From an uncultured Desulfospira sp. (lineage in GTDB: Bacteria > Desulfobacterota > Desulfobacteria > Desulfobacterales > Desulfobacteraceae): a stretch of 64,000 nt of DNA. A program made the translations under genes and the position numbers. Location of the stretch: positions 1,056,001 through 1,120,000 of the forward strand of contig OY760175.1 of NCBI GenBank assembly GCA_963663165.1, read 5' to 3'. The notes under the pieces were generated by a model that was not told the origin of the DNA, made no database searches, and saw nothing but the letters and a program-made list of their open reading frames with translations. Position 1 is the stretch's first letter, and every line of letters begins with the position of its first letter. Positions 1-10,234 of the stretch are shown one piece after another.

Positions 1-502
1 TTTCAATGATCCAGGCAAGGAACATAAACCCGATATCGCTGTAAACCTGTGCCTTTCCCGGTTCCCTTTCCAGGGGTTCCCTTAGGATCATCTGCCTTAG
101 GGTCTGCCGGGTCATTTCCCCGGTCCGGATCAGATGCTTATAATATTTTCGCCAGGCAGCAAGCCCTGAGGTATGCCGCAGCAGCATGTCAACGGTAATG
201 GCCTGTTTTGGCGTCCCCCTGACCTCGGGGATGATCTCCTTAAGGCGGGTGTCAAAGCTTAACCGGCCCGATTGGATCAGAACAGCTACCAGGGCGGTGG
301 TGGCCATGGGTTTGGTCAGGGAGGCCAGATCAAAGATCGCGTCTTTTGACACAGGTTTTCCTGTACGAAGATCCGCCACCCCGTATGCCCTGTGGAAAAA
401 AACCTTATCTTTTTGGGCACACAGGAGGACAGCCCCGGGATACACCCGGCTCCGGACGCCGGCTTCCATGATGTCATTAAGGGCCGCCCGGTTCATTTCC
501 AT
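1..502 (-). CDS. Serine hydrolase, beta-lactamase class C family (3' end runs off the window)
   Basis: Not in the ORF track. Manual reverse-strand translation from ATG 502/496 gives MEMNRAALNDIMEAGVRSRVYPGAVLL...IFDLASLTKPMA (SxxK)...LLRHTSGL...YSDIGF. The start overlaps the stop of the LD-carboxypeptidase. Confidence 0.85.
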   Translation of the reverse strand, partial: MEMNRAALNDIMEAGVRSRVYPGAVLLCAQKDKVFFHRAYGVADLRTGKPVSKDAIFDLASLTKPMATTALVAVLIQSGRLSFDTRLKEIIPEVRGTPKQAITVDMLLRHTSGLAAWRKYYKHLIRTGEMTRQTLRQMILREPLEREPGKAQVYSDIGFMFLAWIIE

Positions 503-1371
503 TGAATGGTTTTATGGGAAGCATCCAGTTCAACCGCTCTGCCCATAATCAAGGAAAGGTTGGTATCCCCGTGTCCGGATTCAATGCCCATTAGGACGGG
601 AATATTTAACGGCTCAAAAATTTCCATCAGGATTTCCGGAATATAATCGGCATTTTCACATTTTTCAAAAGAGCCGGACACCACGCCGCAAACAGCATCA
701 AACATGCCGGCCATCTTCATCTGGACCAGGAACCGGTCGATTTTATATGCCGGTTCCCCCACATCTTCAATAAAGAGGACAGAACCGGAAAAATCAGGTT
801 GAAACGGTGTGCCGATCAGATGGGACAGTGTGGCCAGATTGCCCCCTGTTAACGTTCCGGTGGCTTTGCCTGGAATCAGGCATTCGCCTTGTTCCGCCGC
901 TATATCCACCGGCACACCGGAAAGGGCCCGGACAAATCCTGAAAGGGTGTTTTCGGGTGCATGGGGCAAAGAAACCAGGTTGGGCCCATGGATCGCCTCA
1001 ATGCCGGCCTCCTGGACCAGGGAAATCAGCAAGGCCGTTATATCTGAATATCCGATAAAGGGCTTGGGCTGTTCCCTGACCGCATCCCAATCGATGCGGT
1101 CCAGAATCCGCATGGCACCGTAACCGCCCCGGGCGGCTATGATCCCTTTAACATCAGGATCGGCAAACAGTTCATTGATCACATCAGCCCTGAGATCATC
1201 GTCCCCGGCCAGATACCGTCGGGCCCCAAAAATCCGGTCCGGCAGGCGAACCTCAAACCCAAGGTCTTTAAGGCACTGAACCCCCTTTTGGAATTCGTCC
1301 TTGTTGAACCGGGAAGACGGGGCTGCCACACCAACGGTATCACCGGGATTAAGCCAGGAAATCTGCGCCAT
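493..1371 (-). CDS. ldcA: LD-carboxypeptidase (peptidase S66, muramoyltetrapeptide carboxypeptidase)
   Basis: Motifs RGGYG, GYSD (catalytic Ser), GGNL, LFIEDVGE and SGHG. Confidence 0.9.
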   Translation of the reverse strand: MAQISWLNPGDTVGVAAPSSRFNKDEFQKGVQCLKDLGFEVRLPDRIFGARRYLAGDDDLRADVINELFADPDVKGIIAARGGYGAMRILDRIDWDAVREQPKPFIGYSDITALLISLVQEAGIEAIHGPNLVSLPHAPENTLSGFVRALSGVPVDIAAEQGECLIPGKATGTLTGGNLATLSHLIGTPFQPDFSGSVLFIEDVGEPAYKIDRFLVQMKMAGMFDAVCGVVSGSFEKCENADYIPEILMEIFEPLNIPVLMGIESGHGDTNLSLIMGRAVELDASHKTIQWK

Positions 1372-1438
1372 GTCGTAAACCCTTAAAAAAGGCGATTAGG
1401 CTGAAGTTTTCCGCCGTTTCATCCTTCATCCTTTATTA

Positions 1439-1774
1439 TTATCCTTCCCCCCCGGGCAGATACTCCTCCCTTACCGGAGAAAACACCTCAACGGCAACGG
1501 CATCTTCTTCCACCATGGCCGAGTGTTCCACATTCCCGGGAACGGCCCAGGCATCTCCTGGCCCCACTGAAAACGCGTCGGTTCCGATGACCAGGGTCAT
1601 TCTGCCGGACACCAGAAACCCGGTCTGTTCATGGGGATGGGAGTGCTTGGGAAGCCCGGCCCCCTTTTTCAGGTTGAACCTTGTTAACAGGGTCTTTTCC
1701 CCGTAGGCCAGGGTTTTCATTTCAATGCCGTCAGCCGGGCTTGAATATCCTTCATTGGAATGTTTGGTAAACAT
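1439..1774 (-). CDS. Cupin domain protein
   Basis: Cupin motifs HSHPHEQ and VPGNVEH, then EVFSPVRE. Start reassigned to ATG 1774 (MFTKH), downstream of an AAGGA RBS. Confidence 0.85.
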   Translation of the reverse strand: MFTKHSNEGYSSPADGIEMKTLAYGEKTLLTRFNLKKGAGLPKHSHPHEQTGFLVSGRMTLVIGTDAFSVGPGDAWAVPGNVEHSAMVEEDAVAVEVFSPVREEYLPGGEG

Positions 1775-1787
1775 AGATCTTTCCTTA

Positions 1788-3200
1788 TCAGGGTTTGATT
1801 CTGATGGACGGGTACAAGCCTTTGCGCTCTCCGGTCCGGTAGGGCTGGATAATATTAAAGGAGATGTTCTGGTCATCCTGGGCATGGCCCCGGTTTTCGC
1901 CATCCTCATACAGGGCCCCGTTGGCCTCCAGAATTTTTTTGAGCCTGGCCTTAAAGGCACCGATAAACACAGACCCCTTACCCGAAAAGGTCATCTTCCC
2001 GATGGTCAGGTCTTCCCTGACCTCCGCCAGGTCATCCAGGGCAATGGTCTGGGTGGCCAGATCTTCGGGAGACCCGATATATCCCCAGATCAGATGCTCG
2101 CCGGGAATATCAATGGGAACTGTCGGACTGATGATGGTATGGGGCATGACAATACAGCCTTCCCCGATGCGGATCCGGGCGTCCGGTTTGCCGTTTAAGA
2201 AGGAGTTGAATCCCACAAAACATTCCTGGCCGATATCGGCATGGATGATCTTGCCACCATGGGCCGTAATACAGTTGCCTTCAAGTACGGAATCAATGAT
2301 ATAGGAGTTTTCCTGGGCATTGGAACCGTCTCCCATGGTGGCATCCTCAAGGAAAGATCGCTGGGCCACCAGGACGTTTTCCCCGATACGGGTTTTCCCC
2401 TTGATCACAGCATACCGGTTGACCGCAGAAGTGGACGGCGCATCTATGGGTTCTAAGTGCATGACCTCAAACAGCCGTTCATATTCCTGGTCCCGTTCCC
2501 GGACAAAATCGTAAATCAGCCCCCGGGGCTGGTGGGCATCATTCACCCCAACAAAATTATCCAGGATGCTTTTCTTAAATTTGTATTTAAACTCAAAATG
2601 GGGACTTCTGATCCAGACCGTTCCCGGATCAATCTTCCGGTGAAACAGTTCGCCGACCTGAACATAGGAAAATTCCCCCACAATACACGAATGCAGGTTC
2701 ATCAAATCCACGGTGGCAAAAGGGCCAAGAAAACACCCTTCCAAGGTGGACCCGTGAATATTGGCGTAATGGGTGGAAATGGTGTTTCTTATCACAAATT
2801 CTTCGGGGCTTTCCGGGTTGTGGGAGTTGCTGTGGACCAGGGTTTTGTAAAGCAGGCTGTCCATAATGGCAATCATTTCATCTTCAACCAGGGGGATATT
2901 TTTGGCTGATTTAATGGAGTCGCCCCTTCTTTTGAGTTCATCTCCCCTGACATCACTCTTGTATATGGCGGACCGGCCCACATAACATTTTCCTAGAAAA
3001 TAGCTGCCGGCGATATTGGAATTTTTAAAATGAAAATAAATGGGGTGGCGGGAGGTAATGCCGTAAAACGCATAAAATTTGATCATCTTTTCATGATCAA
3101 GGGCGTTTCTGACAAAGGGCTCGGTGTCGAATTCAAACTCATCTAAGTTAACGTTCACACGGCTGATAATCCGATCGCTGAGTCGCTGTAACTGGCTCAT
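1788..3200 (-). CDS. Left-handed beta-helix (hexapeptide repeat) protein with two gamma-carbonic-anhydrase-like domains
   Basis: Hexapeptide repeats. Domain 1 has VRGDE, LVH and HYANIH; domain 2 has SNAQE and AHGGKIIH...CFVGFNS. Confidence 0.65.
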   Translation of the reverse strand: MSQLQRLSDRIISRVNVNLDEFEFDTEPFVRNALDHEKMIKFYAFYGITSRHPIYFHFKNSNIAGSYFLGKCYVGRSAIYKSDVRGDELKRRGDSIKSAKNIPLVEDEMIAIMDSLLYKTLVHSNSHNPESPEEFVIRNTISTHYANIHGSTLEGCFLGPFATVDLMNLHSCIVGEFSYVQVGELFHRKIDPGTVWIRSPHFEFKYKFKKSILDNFVGVNDAHQPRGLIYDFVRERDQEYERLFEVMHLEPIDAPSTSAVNRYAVIKGKTRIGENVLVAQRSFLEDATMGDGSNAQENSYIIDSVLEGNCITAHGGKIIHADIGQECFVGFNSFLNGKPDARIRIGEGCIVMPHTIISPTVPIDIPGEHLIWGYIGSPEDLATQTIALDDLAEVREDLTIGKMTFSGKGSVFIGAFKARLKKILEANGALYEDGENRGHAQDDQNISFNIIQPYRTGERKGLYPSIRIKP

Positions 3201-3498
3201 AATATATCCTGTATGTTAAGTTTTGATTTTAAGGATTTCCCGGTATCGTTACCAAAAATCCCTGATTTGGGCCTTAAGGGGCATGTTCGTAATTCAATTT
3301 ACGCTCCTTGGGGTTAAAACAGTTAAAAACCAAAAATCCATACCATAGAAATTAACGGCTGACAATAATTTTAGGAACACCTTCAGGGTAAGCGCTGGTG
3401 TCTTTCCAAAAATTAAAATCACTTTTAAATCGGATTACGATTATAATGTAAAGAACGCAGACCGTTAGACCGGATGAGGCAATGCTATTGGATCGATT

Positions 3499-3567
3499 GT
3501 AGGCCCGATTCATGAATCGCCCTTTCATGAATAACCCTTACGTGGGCAATTCATGAATTGCCCCTAC
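3499..3567. repeat. REP-like palindrome doublet (GTAG...ATTCATGAAT...CTAC family)
   Basis: gtaggcccgattcatgaatcgccc followed by gggcaattcatgaattgcccctac, with GTAG/CTAC ends and palindromic cores. Confidence 0.7.
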
Positions 3568-3638
3568 ACCACCATCCCTTGTAATATGATAATCCAAGAT
3601 TCAACTATATTGGAGAATCAAGCTTATCCCCAAAACAC

Positions 3639-3670
3639 AAAGGGCCGCCGGGAAATCCCGGCAGCCCTTT
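3639..3670 (-). terminator. Rho-independent terminator after fdh
   Basis: GC-rich hairpin aaagggccgccggg-aaat-cccggcagcccttt with a T-rich tail on the minus strand. Confidence 0.7.
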
Positions 3671-3694
3671 ATATTCAGCTGAAAACCTTAACTA

Positions 3695-6457
3695 TCAGTT
3701 CTCAAGTTTTTCGATTTTAACGGCACAGGCCTTGTACTCAGCCGTCAGGGTAATGGGATCAAAGGCCGGATTGGCCAGCCAGTTGGCATTGCCTTCCCTG
3801 AAGTGGAAAGCCATCCAGACCATACCCTTAGGCACTTCTTTGGTAACATTGGCACGGACCCTGACCTGCCCTCTCCTGGAGGAGACACTGATGTATTCCC
3901 CGTGCTGGATGTTCAGTTTCTGAGCATCGTCCAGGGATATATCGGCGGTTTCCTCGCCAAGAAGGTCGTTGAGACCGCCGCAGCGGCCGGTCTGGGTTCT
4001 GGTATGGTAATGGTACAGCCGGCGCCCCGTACTTAAGACAAAGGGATATTCGTTATCCGGTACTTCGGCCGGCGGGGTCCATTCCACGGGCAGGAACTGT
4101 CCCTTGCCCCTGGAGAAGGCACCGTCCTTGTGCAGGAAACTGGTTCCCGGGTGATCTTCAGTCGGGCAGGGCCACTGGAGGCCGTCCTGCTCAATTCTAT
4201 GGTACTTAATCCCGCAAAAAGCCGGGGCAACAACAGAGAATTCGTTATCCCACAAATCCTTGCCACTGTCGGATTCCCAGTCATGGCCAAACCGTTTGGC
4301 AATCTCCTTGAAGATCCACCAGTTGGGCATGGACTCCCCGGGAGCGGGACTGGCGGTTCTGACCCGGTTTACCCGGCGTTCACTGTTGGTAAACGTACCG
4401 TCGTTTTCGCTCCAGGCCTGGGCCGGGAACACCACGTGGGCAAACTCGGTGGTTTCGTTCAAAAAGATATCCTGGCAGATAAGAAACTCGGCCGATGACA
4501 GCTCATGTTCCACCTTGGAGATATCCGGCTCGGTATTGGCCAGGTTCTCGCCAAAGATATAAAAGGCCCTGACCTTGCCGTCCACCAGTCCGTCCATCAT
4601 CTGGGGGATCATCAGGCCCACCTGGTCGGACAAACCTTCCACGTTCCAGAACTTTTCGAACTTTTCTTTCATTTTGGGATCGGTGACCGCCTGGTAGCCC
4701 GGGTACACGTTGGGCAGGGCCCCCATGTCGCAGGCACCCTGGACGTTGTTCTGTCCTCTCAACGGGTTAACCCCGCCGCACTCTACGCCCATGTTCCCTA
4801 GAAGCATCTGGAGGTTGGCCGTGGAAACCACGTTGTTCCTGCCGCAGGTATGTTCGGTAATCCCCAAGGTATAACAGAGCATCAGGGGATGGACCGAAGC
4901 CAGACGGCGGGCGGCGTCCACTATGGTCTCTGCCGGGATGCCGGTCAGTTCGGCGGCTCGCTCGGGCGGATAGGTCTCCACCACTTCCACCAGTTTGTCA
5001 AAATCTTCGGTGTGTTCGTTTACAAACTCTTTATCATAAAGGTCTTCCTTGAGCAGGACATGCATGAGCCCGTTGAGCAGCGCGATATCCGATCCCACCT
5101 TTAACTGAAGGTGAAGCTCGGCAAAATCACACAACTTGTGCTTCCTGGGATCAGCAACAATCAGCCTGGCCCCGTTTTCCACCGCGTTTTTCAAGAACGT
5201 GGATGCAACGGGATGGGCCTCGGTCATGTTGGACCCGATCACGAAAAACATTTTTGCCTTGTGAAACTCCCCAAAGGAGTTGGTCATGGCGCCTGAACCA
5301 AATGATGCCGCAAGACCTGCGACGGTAGGGGCATGTCAAGTTCGGGCACAATGGTCGATGTTGTTTGTCTTAAACACCGACCTGAACAGTTTCTGCATCT
5401 GGTAAGAGTCTTCGTTGATGGACCGTGCGCAGGCGACCCCGGCCACGGCATCAGGTCCGGACTCCTCAATAATGGCCTTAAGTTTGTCAGCGGTATAGTC
5501 TAAAGCCTCATTCCAGGACACCGGCACAAGTTTGCCGTTTTTCCTTAGCATGGGGGTTTTAAGCCGTTCCTCGGAATAGATAAAATCATATCCGAACCGG
5601 CCTTTTACGCACAGGCGTCCCTTATTGGGAGACCCGTCTTCCACACCCGTGACCTTGACGATTTTTTCATCTTTTACGTGCAGCAGCTGCTGGCAGCCCA
5701 CCCCACAGTACGGGCAGGTGGTCCGGATGGTTTCCATGTCGTTGTGACTGCCCAGCCCAAAGGCCTTTTTCTCAAACAGGGCCCCCACCGGGCAAACCTG
5801 GATACATTCACCGCAATGGGTGCAGGCATCGAGATCCACAGCCGGATACCAGCCGTCAGGATGATCTTCCCTGCGGCCAAAGGGCGGCTTGATGGCCAGG
5901 TTGACCTGGACTTCGTTGCAGGCCTGGACGCAGCGTCCGCATCCAATGCACCTTGAAAAATCCCGGATAATGACCGGAGAAGCGTCATCCAGGGGATGGC
6001 CCTCAAAGGCCGAGTCGGTTCCCTTGACCTTGACATTGTACTCAATGGCCAGATCCTGAAGCCGGCAGTCGCCGTATGCGGGACAAAGGTTGTCATGCCA
6101 CGGCTGGTCCATGATGGCGGCCTGATTTTCGTTCCAGGAGTCAAAAGACGAATCCATAAGCAGGCAGTTATGGGCCCCTGAAGAGATAAGCATCTCGATA
6201 ATGGTTTTCCTGGCCTCAATGACGGCAGGGCTCTGGGTCATGACGACCATCCCGTTGCCGGCCGGGGTTTCACAGGCCGGTAAAAGTTCCCTGGTCCCTT
6301 CCACCTCCACCACGCAGATCCGGCACTGGCCGGTGGGGGTGCAGCCGGAAAGGTAGCACAGGGTGGGAATGTGAATCTGATTTTCCCTGGCCACTTCCAG
6401 AATGGTCTGCCCCGGTTCAAAGGACAGGCGGTTGTTGTTGATGTTGATAATCGGCAT
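3695..6457 (-). CDS. fdhF: Selenocysteine-containing formate dehydrogenase alpha subunit (FdhF-like, N-terminal [2Fe-2S]/[4Fe-4S] domains), about 920 aa
   Basis: ORFs 5336..6520 and 3695..5287 are in one frame, joined across TGA 5336-5338: [30 protein letters not shown]. Also TCPYCGVGC, LCVKG, LRGQNNVQG and C-terminal EYKACAV. Start at MPIIN (6457) after a GGAAAGGA RBS. Confidence 0.95.
5307..5338 (-). promoter_or_regulatory. Sec UGA codon and bacterial SECIS hairpin
   Basis: mRNA reads UGA-CAUGCCCCUACC-GUCGCA-GGUCU-UGCGGC, a stem-loop about 12 nt after the UGA with a GGUCU loop like the E. coli fdhF SECIS. Confidence 0.9.
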
Positions 6458-6592
6458 TATGATTTCCTTTCCATGATAACCGCTATCGGCGATCCCGGCA
6501 TTGAAGCCGGGGTTAACCATGATAAAATCATTTAAAATTTCCGTAATTTATAGCTACTTACACCCTAAAAGCACTTATAGATAAATGGGGGC

Positions 6593-8518
6593 CTAAAAGG
6601 CCGCCATCAGCATACGATAACACCTGAGGCACCGGGCTGCTTCTTCCCTGGCCTTATGGGCCGGAAGACACCCTTCCACCTCATCAAAACTTTTCACCCG
6701 GATGCCGGGCTTCATCACGGCGCCTTCCTGTCTTTCCGTACACCCGGGATAGGAAAACCCTTTTTCCCGGTCAAACAAGGATTTGGCTTCGGATACTGCA
6801 TCGAGCAGGTCTTTGTAATCGGGTTTGCATTCTCCGGTTTCAAGGTACTGGTCAATGAACTTGGCTGCGGTTTTGCCATGGGCCAGAGCCGCAATCAGGA
6901 TATCCGGGCCGGTCATACAGTCGCCGCCGCCAAACAGGTTGGGGACCTCGGACTGGAAGGTGGTCTCATCCACCACAATGGTGTTCCAGCGGCTGAGCAG
7001 TTTACCGGTTTCCGGCAAGAACTTGTCCACGGTACAGGCCTGGCCGATGGCCGGAATAATGGCATCACAATCCATGACAAACTCAGACCCTTCAATGGGA
7101 ACAGGCCGGCGCCGGCCACTCTTATCCGGTTCGCCAAGTTCCATTTTAAGGCATTTGAGCCCACAGACCTTTCCCTCCTCGTCCGGCACCACTTCAACCG
7201 GGGCCATGAGCTCATGGAAAATGACGTTCTCCTCCTGGGATTCTTTGATCTCAAGGGGGTCTGCCGGCATTTCCGCCACGGTTCTTCTATAAATCAGGTT
7301 CACATCGGTAAATCCAAGGCGGCGGGCGGTTCTGACACAGTCCATGGCCACGTTGCCGCCGCCGATAACCGCAATCCGTTTACCAGTCAAGGGGGTTTCT
7401 CCCCGGGCGGCTTTGGCCAGGAACTCGACACCGGGCATGAAGTTTTCATACCCGTCGTCTTCACCCTTGCATCTCATTTTCATGGCAATGGGGGCACCGG
7501 CACCGACAAAGACGGCTTTATATCCCATTTCAGCCATCTCATCCAGGGTGATATCCTCGCCCACCTTTGTATTGTATTCAATGGTGGCCCCTAGCTGCTC
7601 AACCATAGACACTTCGTGGGCAATCACGTTTCTGGGCAGCCGATAGGCCGGAATGCCGTAAGCCGCCATGCCGCCGGGCCCCTCCTGGGCCTCATAGATG
7701 GTAACCTTGTATCCTTTCCGACCCAGGTAATAGGCACAGGCAAGGCCGGCAGGGCCGGCACCCACAACCGCGACTTCATCTTTGAATTCAGAAGCTCCGG
7801 CAACCCGGCCCGTAAGCTTTCCCGCCATTTCCTGGTCAGCTAAAAATCGTTTGATGGACCGGATGGCCAGGGGCTCGTCCAGGTCATTGCGGCGGCACAT
7901 GGCCTCGCAGGGCCGGACACAGACACGGCCGATGGTTCCGGGCATGGCACAGTCCATTCTGACCACATCCATACCTTCGGACCAGCGGCTCATCCGGACA
8001 TTTTCCAGGTAGGCCGGGATATCCACATGGGAGGGACAGGCACTGATGCAGGGGGCGGTAACAATGGCTTCGTATTCGGCCGGTCTGCTCTGGTAGCTGC
8101 CCTGGGCAGCCTTGGCAAATGCGGTGGGAAAGGCCGCTATCAGATCGAGAACCGGTGTGGCCAGGGTCCGGCCGATATCGCACCGGGCCGTACGGCTGAT
8201 GAGGGTAACCAGGGTCTTGATCCGTTCAAGGTCAGCGGGTTTACCGTTGCCTTTGGCAAGGCCTTGAGCAAGCCGGGCCAGTTCCACTGTGCCCAGGCGG
8301 CAGGGGGTACACTGCCCGCAGGATTCCTGCTCGGCCTTTTTTAAATAGGCGGCCAGAAGTTCTGCAGGATCCAGACTTTCGTCCCATACCGTAAGCCCGC
8401 TCCAGCCCATAATGGCCTTGGGCGCCTTAAGGCTGGGAAACCATTTACCGATATCCAGGGCGGAAAGGTCAAGGTCCAGACCGGTTCTGCCCCACGTGTT
8501 GATTCCCGGATGATCCAT
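6593..8518 (-). CDS. FAD/NAD(P)-dependent oxidoreductase: NuoF-type [4Fe-4S] domain fused to a GltD-like body (SfrB-like); probable FDH partner subunit
   Basis: ESCGQCTPCR (NuoF 4Fe-4S), PCISACP, GRVCVRPCE, GAGPAG, GGGNVAMD..R, IYRRT and RCLRC. Start MDHPG at 8518 after AAAGGA. Confidence 0.85.
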   Translation of the reverse strand: MDHPGINTWGRTGLDLDLSALDIGKWFPSLKAPKAIMGWSGLTVWDESLDPAELLAAYLKKAEQESCGQCTPCRLGTVELARLAQGLAKGNGKPADLERIKTLVTLISRTARCDIGRTLATPVLDLIAAFPTAFAKAAQGSYQSRPAEYEAIVTAPCISACPSHVDIPAYLENVRMSRWSEGMDVVRMDCAMPGTIGRVCVRPCEAMCRRNDLDEPLAIRSIKRFLADQEMAGKLTGRVAGASEFKDEVAVVGAGPAGLACAYYLGRKGYKVTIYEAQEGPGGMAAYGIPAYRLPRNVIAHEVSMVEQLGATIEYNTKVGEDITLDEMAEMGYKAVFVGAGAPIAMKMRCKGEDDGYENFMPGVEFLAKAARGETPLTGKRIAVIGGGNVAMDCVRTARRLGFTDVNLIYRRTVAEMPADPLEIKESQEENVIFHELMAPVEVVPDEEGKVCGLKCLKMELGEPDKSGRRRPVPIEGSEFVMDCDAIIPAIGQACTVDKFLPETGKLLSRWNTIVVDETTFQSEVPNLFGGGDCMTGPDILIAALAHGKTAAKFIDQYLETGECKPDYKDLLDAVSEAKSLFDREKGFSYPGCTERQEGAVMKPGIRVKSFDEVEGCLPAHKAREEAARCLRCYRMLMAAF

Positions 8519-8874
8519 ATCATGTGTCCTTTTTCTTGTGGTAAGGCTGATGAGCGGTTGGCCATCAGCCGTTAGCAAGCGATATCAGTCCAAAAGCTAT
8601 CTGCTCATATCTAATAGCGGATAAGCCAATGGCTTTCAACAAATAAAATTTTTAAGATCGGAAAATCAAGCCAACCGGTATTAATAATCGGCATCAAAGG
8701 CTTAACTCCAAATGAGACAGCTAATAATAAATTCGAAGAAGGATATCAATAAAATTAGTAAATTTAAATCAAATTCTGCGAATCGGCAAAAAAAAGTCCT
8801 CTGGGCTACTCGGCTCCAAAAGTTTAAAATTTTATTAAGATTATTCTGGGGGAAATAATACAGTTAATTTTCAA

Positions 8875-8969
8875 TATAACGGCCACGGGCCGCTTTGGTT
8901 ATCCAACCAAGAGCCGCCCACAACAAATATTGAAAGTCTTCTCAGGACGTTAGTGAGACTTTCATATAA
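8875..8969 (-). repeat. ~90-bp structured repeat unit (inverted copy of the tandem units at 26137-26314)
   Basis: The reverse complement reads ttatatgaaagtctcactaacgtcctgagaagactttcaatatttgttgtgggcggctcttggttggataaccaaagcggcccgtggccg, nearly identical to 26225-26314. Confidence 0.9.
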
Positions 8970-8970
8970 A

Positions 8971-9400
8971 TGGACTTGGGACTTGGGATATGGGACTTGG
9001 GGATTGCAGTATCCGTGGCATTCCCAAGCCCCATATCCCGAGTCTCAAGCCGGTAGTTAGCGTGAGCCCGTTTTATTTGTCCTTCAAAAACAAAATGTTA
9101 TACGGAAAATGGTGGGCAACGCTTCGCTTTTGCCCACCCTACCGGGCTACCGGGCTGCTACGCTGCTACACTTTTTCCCACCAAACTTTGCTTTCAAAAA
9201 AACTCTCGCCAAGACGTAAAGGCGCAAGGCTTAAATTCCCTTGGACAATGGTATTCTTTGCGCCTTAGCGCCTTTGCGTGAAAATATAAAAAAGAGGGCG
9301 AAGCCCTCGATTTTAGCATCACAGAGCAAAGAGAAAAGCATTCCATACATCGAGAAATCCTTGCTGCCCCAAGCCCCAAGTCCCATATCCCAAGTCCCAA
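8971..9400. repeat. Mosaic of short repeat families: TGGGACT heptamers and inverses, a REP-like palindrome, and a cgcaaaggcg-type inverted pair
   Basis: Heptamers at 8971-9004, inverses at 9023-9050 and 9367-9400. ggtgggcaa..ttgcccaccctac at 9111-9142. tctcgccaagacgtaaaggcgcaag ... ctttgcgccttagcgcctttgcgtgaa at 9204-9282. Confidence 0.75.
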
Positions 9401-9475
9401 TTTTATACATTTATTTAATTTACCAGCAAAGAACACACATTTTGGTTGCGGCGTTGCCGCGCTGGGCTTCTCCGG

Positions 9476-10216
9476 CTATTTAAAGAAGGATAGCAGCGCA
9501 TGCAAATTGGTCATGGGATGGGGCGGACATCCCGGGATAAACAAATCCACGGGCAAAATGGTGTCCAGGCCCTCGGTGATCTCGGGGCTGCCCTTGAACG
9601 GGCCGCCGCTGATGGTGCAGGACCCTACCGCAATGACCACCTTAGGGGACGGCGTGGCCTCATAGGTTTCAAGCAGGGCTGTTTTCATATTCCGGGATAC
9701 GGGGCCCGTGACCACAATCCCGTCGGCATGACGGGGGGAGGCCACGAAATTGATCCCGAACCGGGCCAAATCAAAAAACGGCGTGGCCAGAACGTTCAGG
9801 TCAGCTTCACAGGCATTGCAGCCGGCCGCAGACACCTGGCGAAGCTGCAATGAGCGCCCAAACAATTTTTTAAAATGGGTTTTGGCATGGTGGGCAAGGT
9901 CCGGCAGGTCCCCTGAGGTAATCAACTCCTGTCTTGCGGCCGTGCTGATTTCATAGTCGTTGGTAAAGCTGATCCGGCCGTTGGAAACCTGTTCACAGGT
10001 GCCGCAGAACACGCACCGGCCCATATCGATTTTTCCGGCGGCAACGTCAATGGCATCCTGGGGACAGGCCTGGGCACACGCCAATAAGGTCTCTTCGGCC
10101 GTATCCGCCTGGATAACGGGTCGGCCTCGATAGCGGGGAAATACCGTTACCTTTTCCTGGGGATACCCATTGGTCCTGCATCCTTGTTCAAACCTGTTTT
10201 TTAATACGCTAAGCAT
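9476..10216 (-). CDS. Ehr/Hyf small subunit (NuoB/HyfI-like) with an N-terminal ferredoxin-like domain
   Basis: GCNACE, SPRHAD, GSCTISGG and PGCPP; N-terminal CAQACP...CVFCGTC. Confidence 0.85.
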   Translation of the reverse strand: MLSVLKNRFEQGCRTNGYPQEKVTVFPRYRGRPVIQADTAEETLLACAQACPQDAIDVAAGKIDMGRCVFCGTCEQVSNGRISFTNDYEISTAARQELITSGDLPDLAHHAKTHFKKLFGRSLQLRQVSAAGCNACEADLNVLATPFFDLARFGINFVASPRHADGIVVTGPVSRNMKTALLETYEATPSPKVVIAVGSCTISGGPFKGSPEITEGLDTILPVDLFIPGCPPHPMTNLHALLSFFK

Positions 10217-10234
10217 TGGGCATTCTCCGCTTTT

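Noticed and set aside
3695..6520. fdh as a split gene or pseudogene
   Set aside because: The stop is an in-frame UGA at the catalytic position with a SECIS hairpin, so it is Sec recoding.
8990..9483. Short ORFs in the fdh-ehr spacer
   Set aside because: They are translations of repeat elements, with no RBS or domain support.
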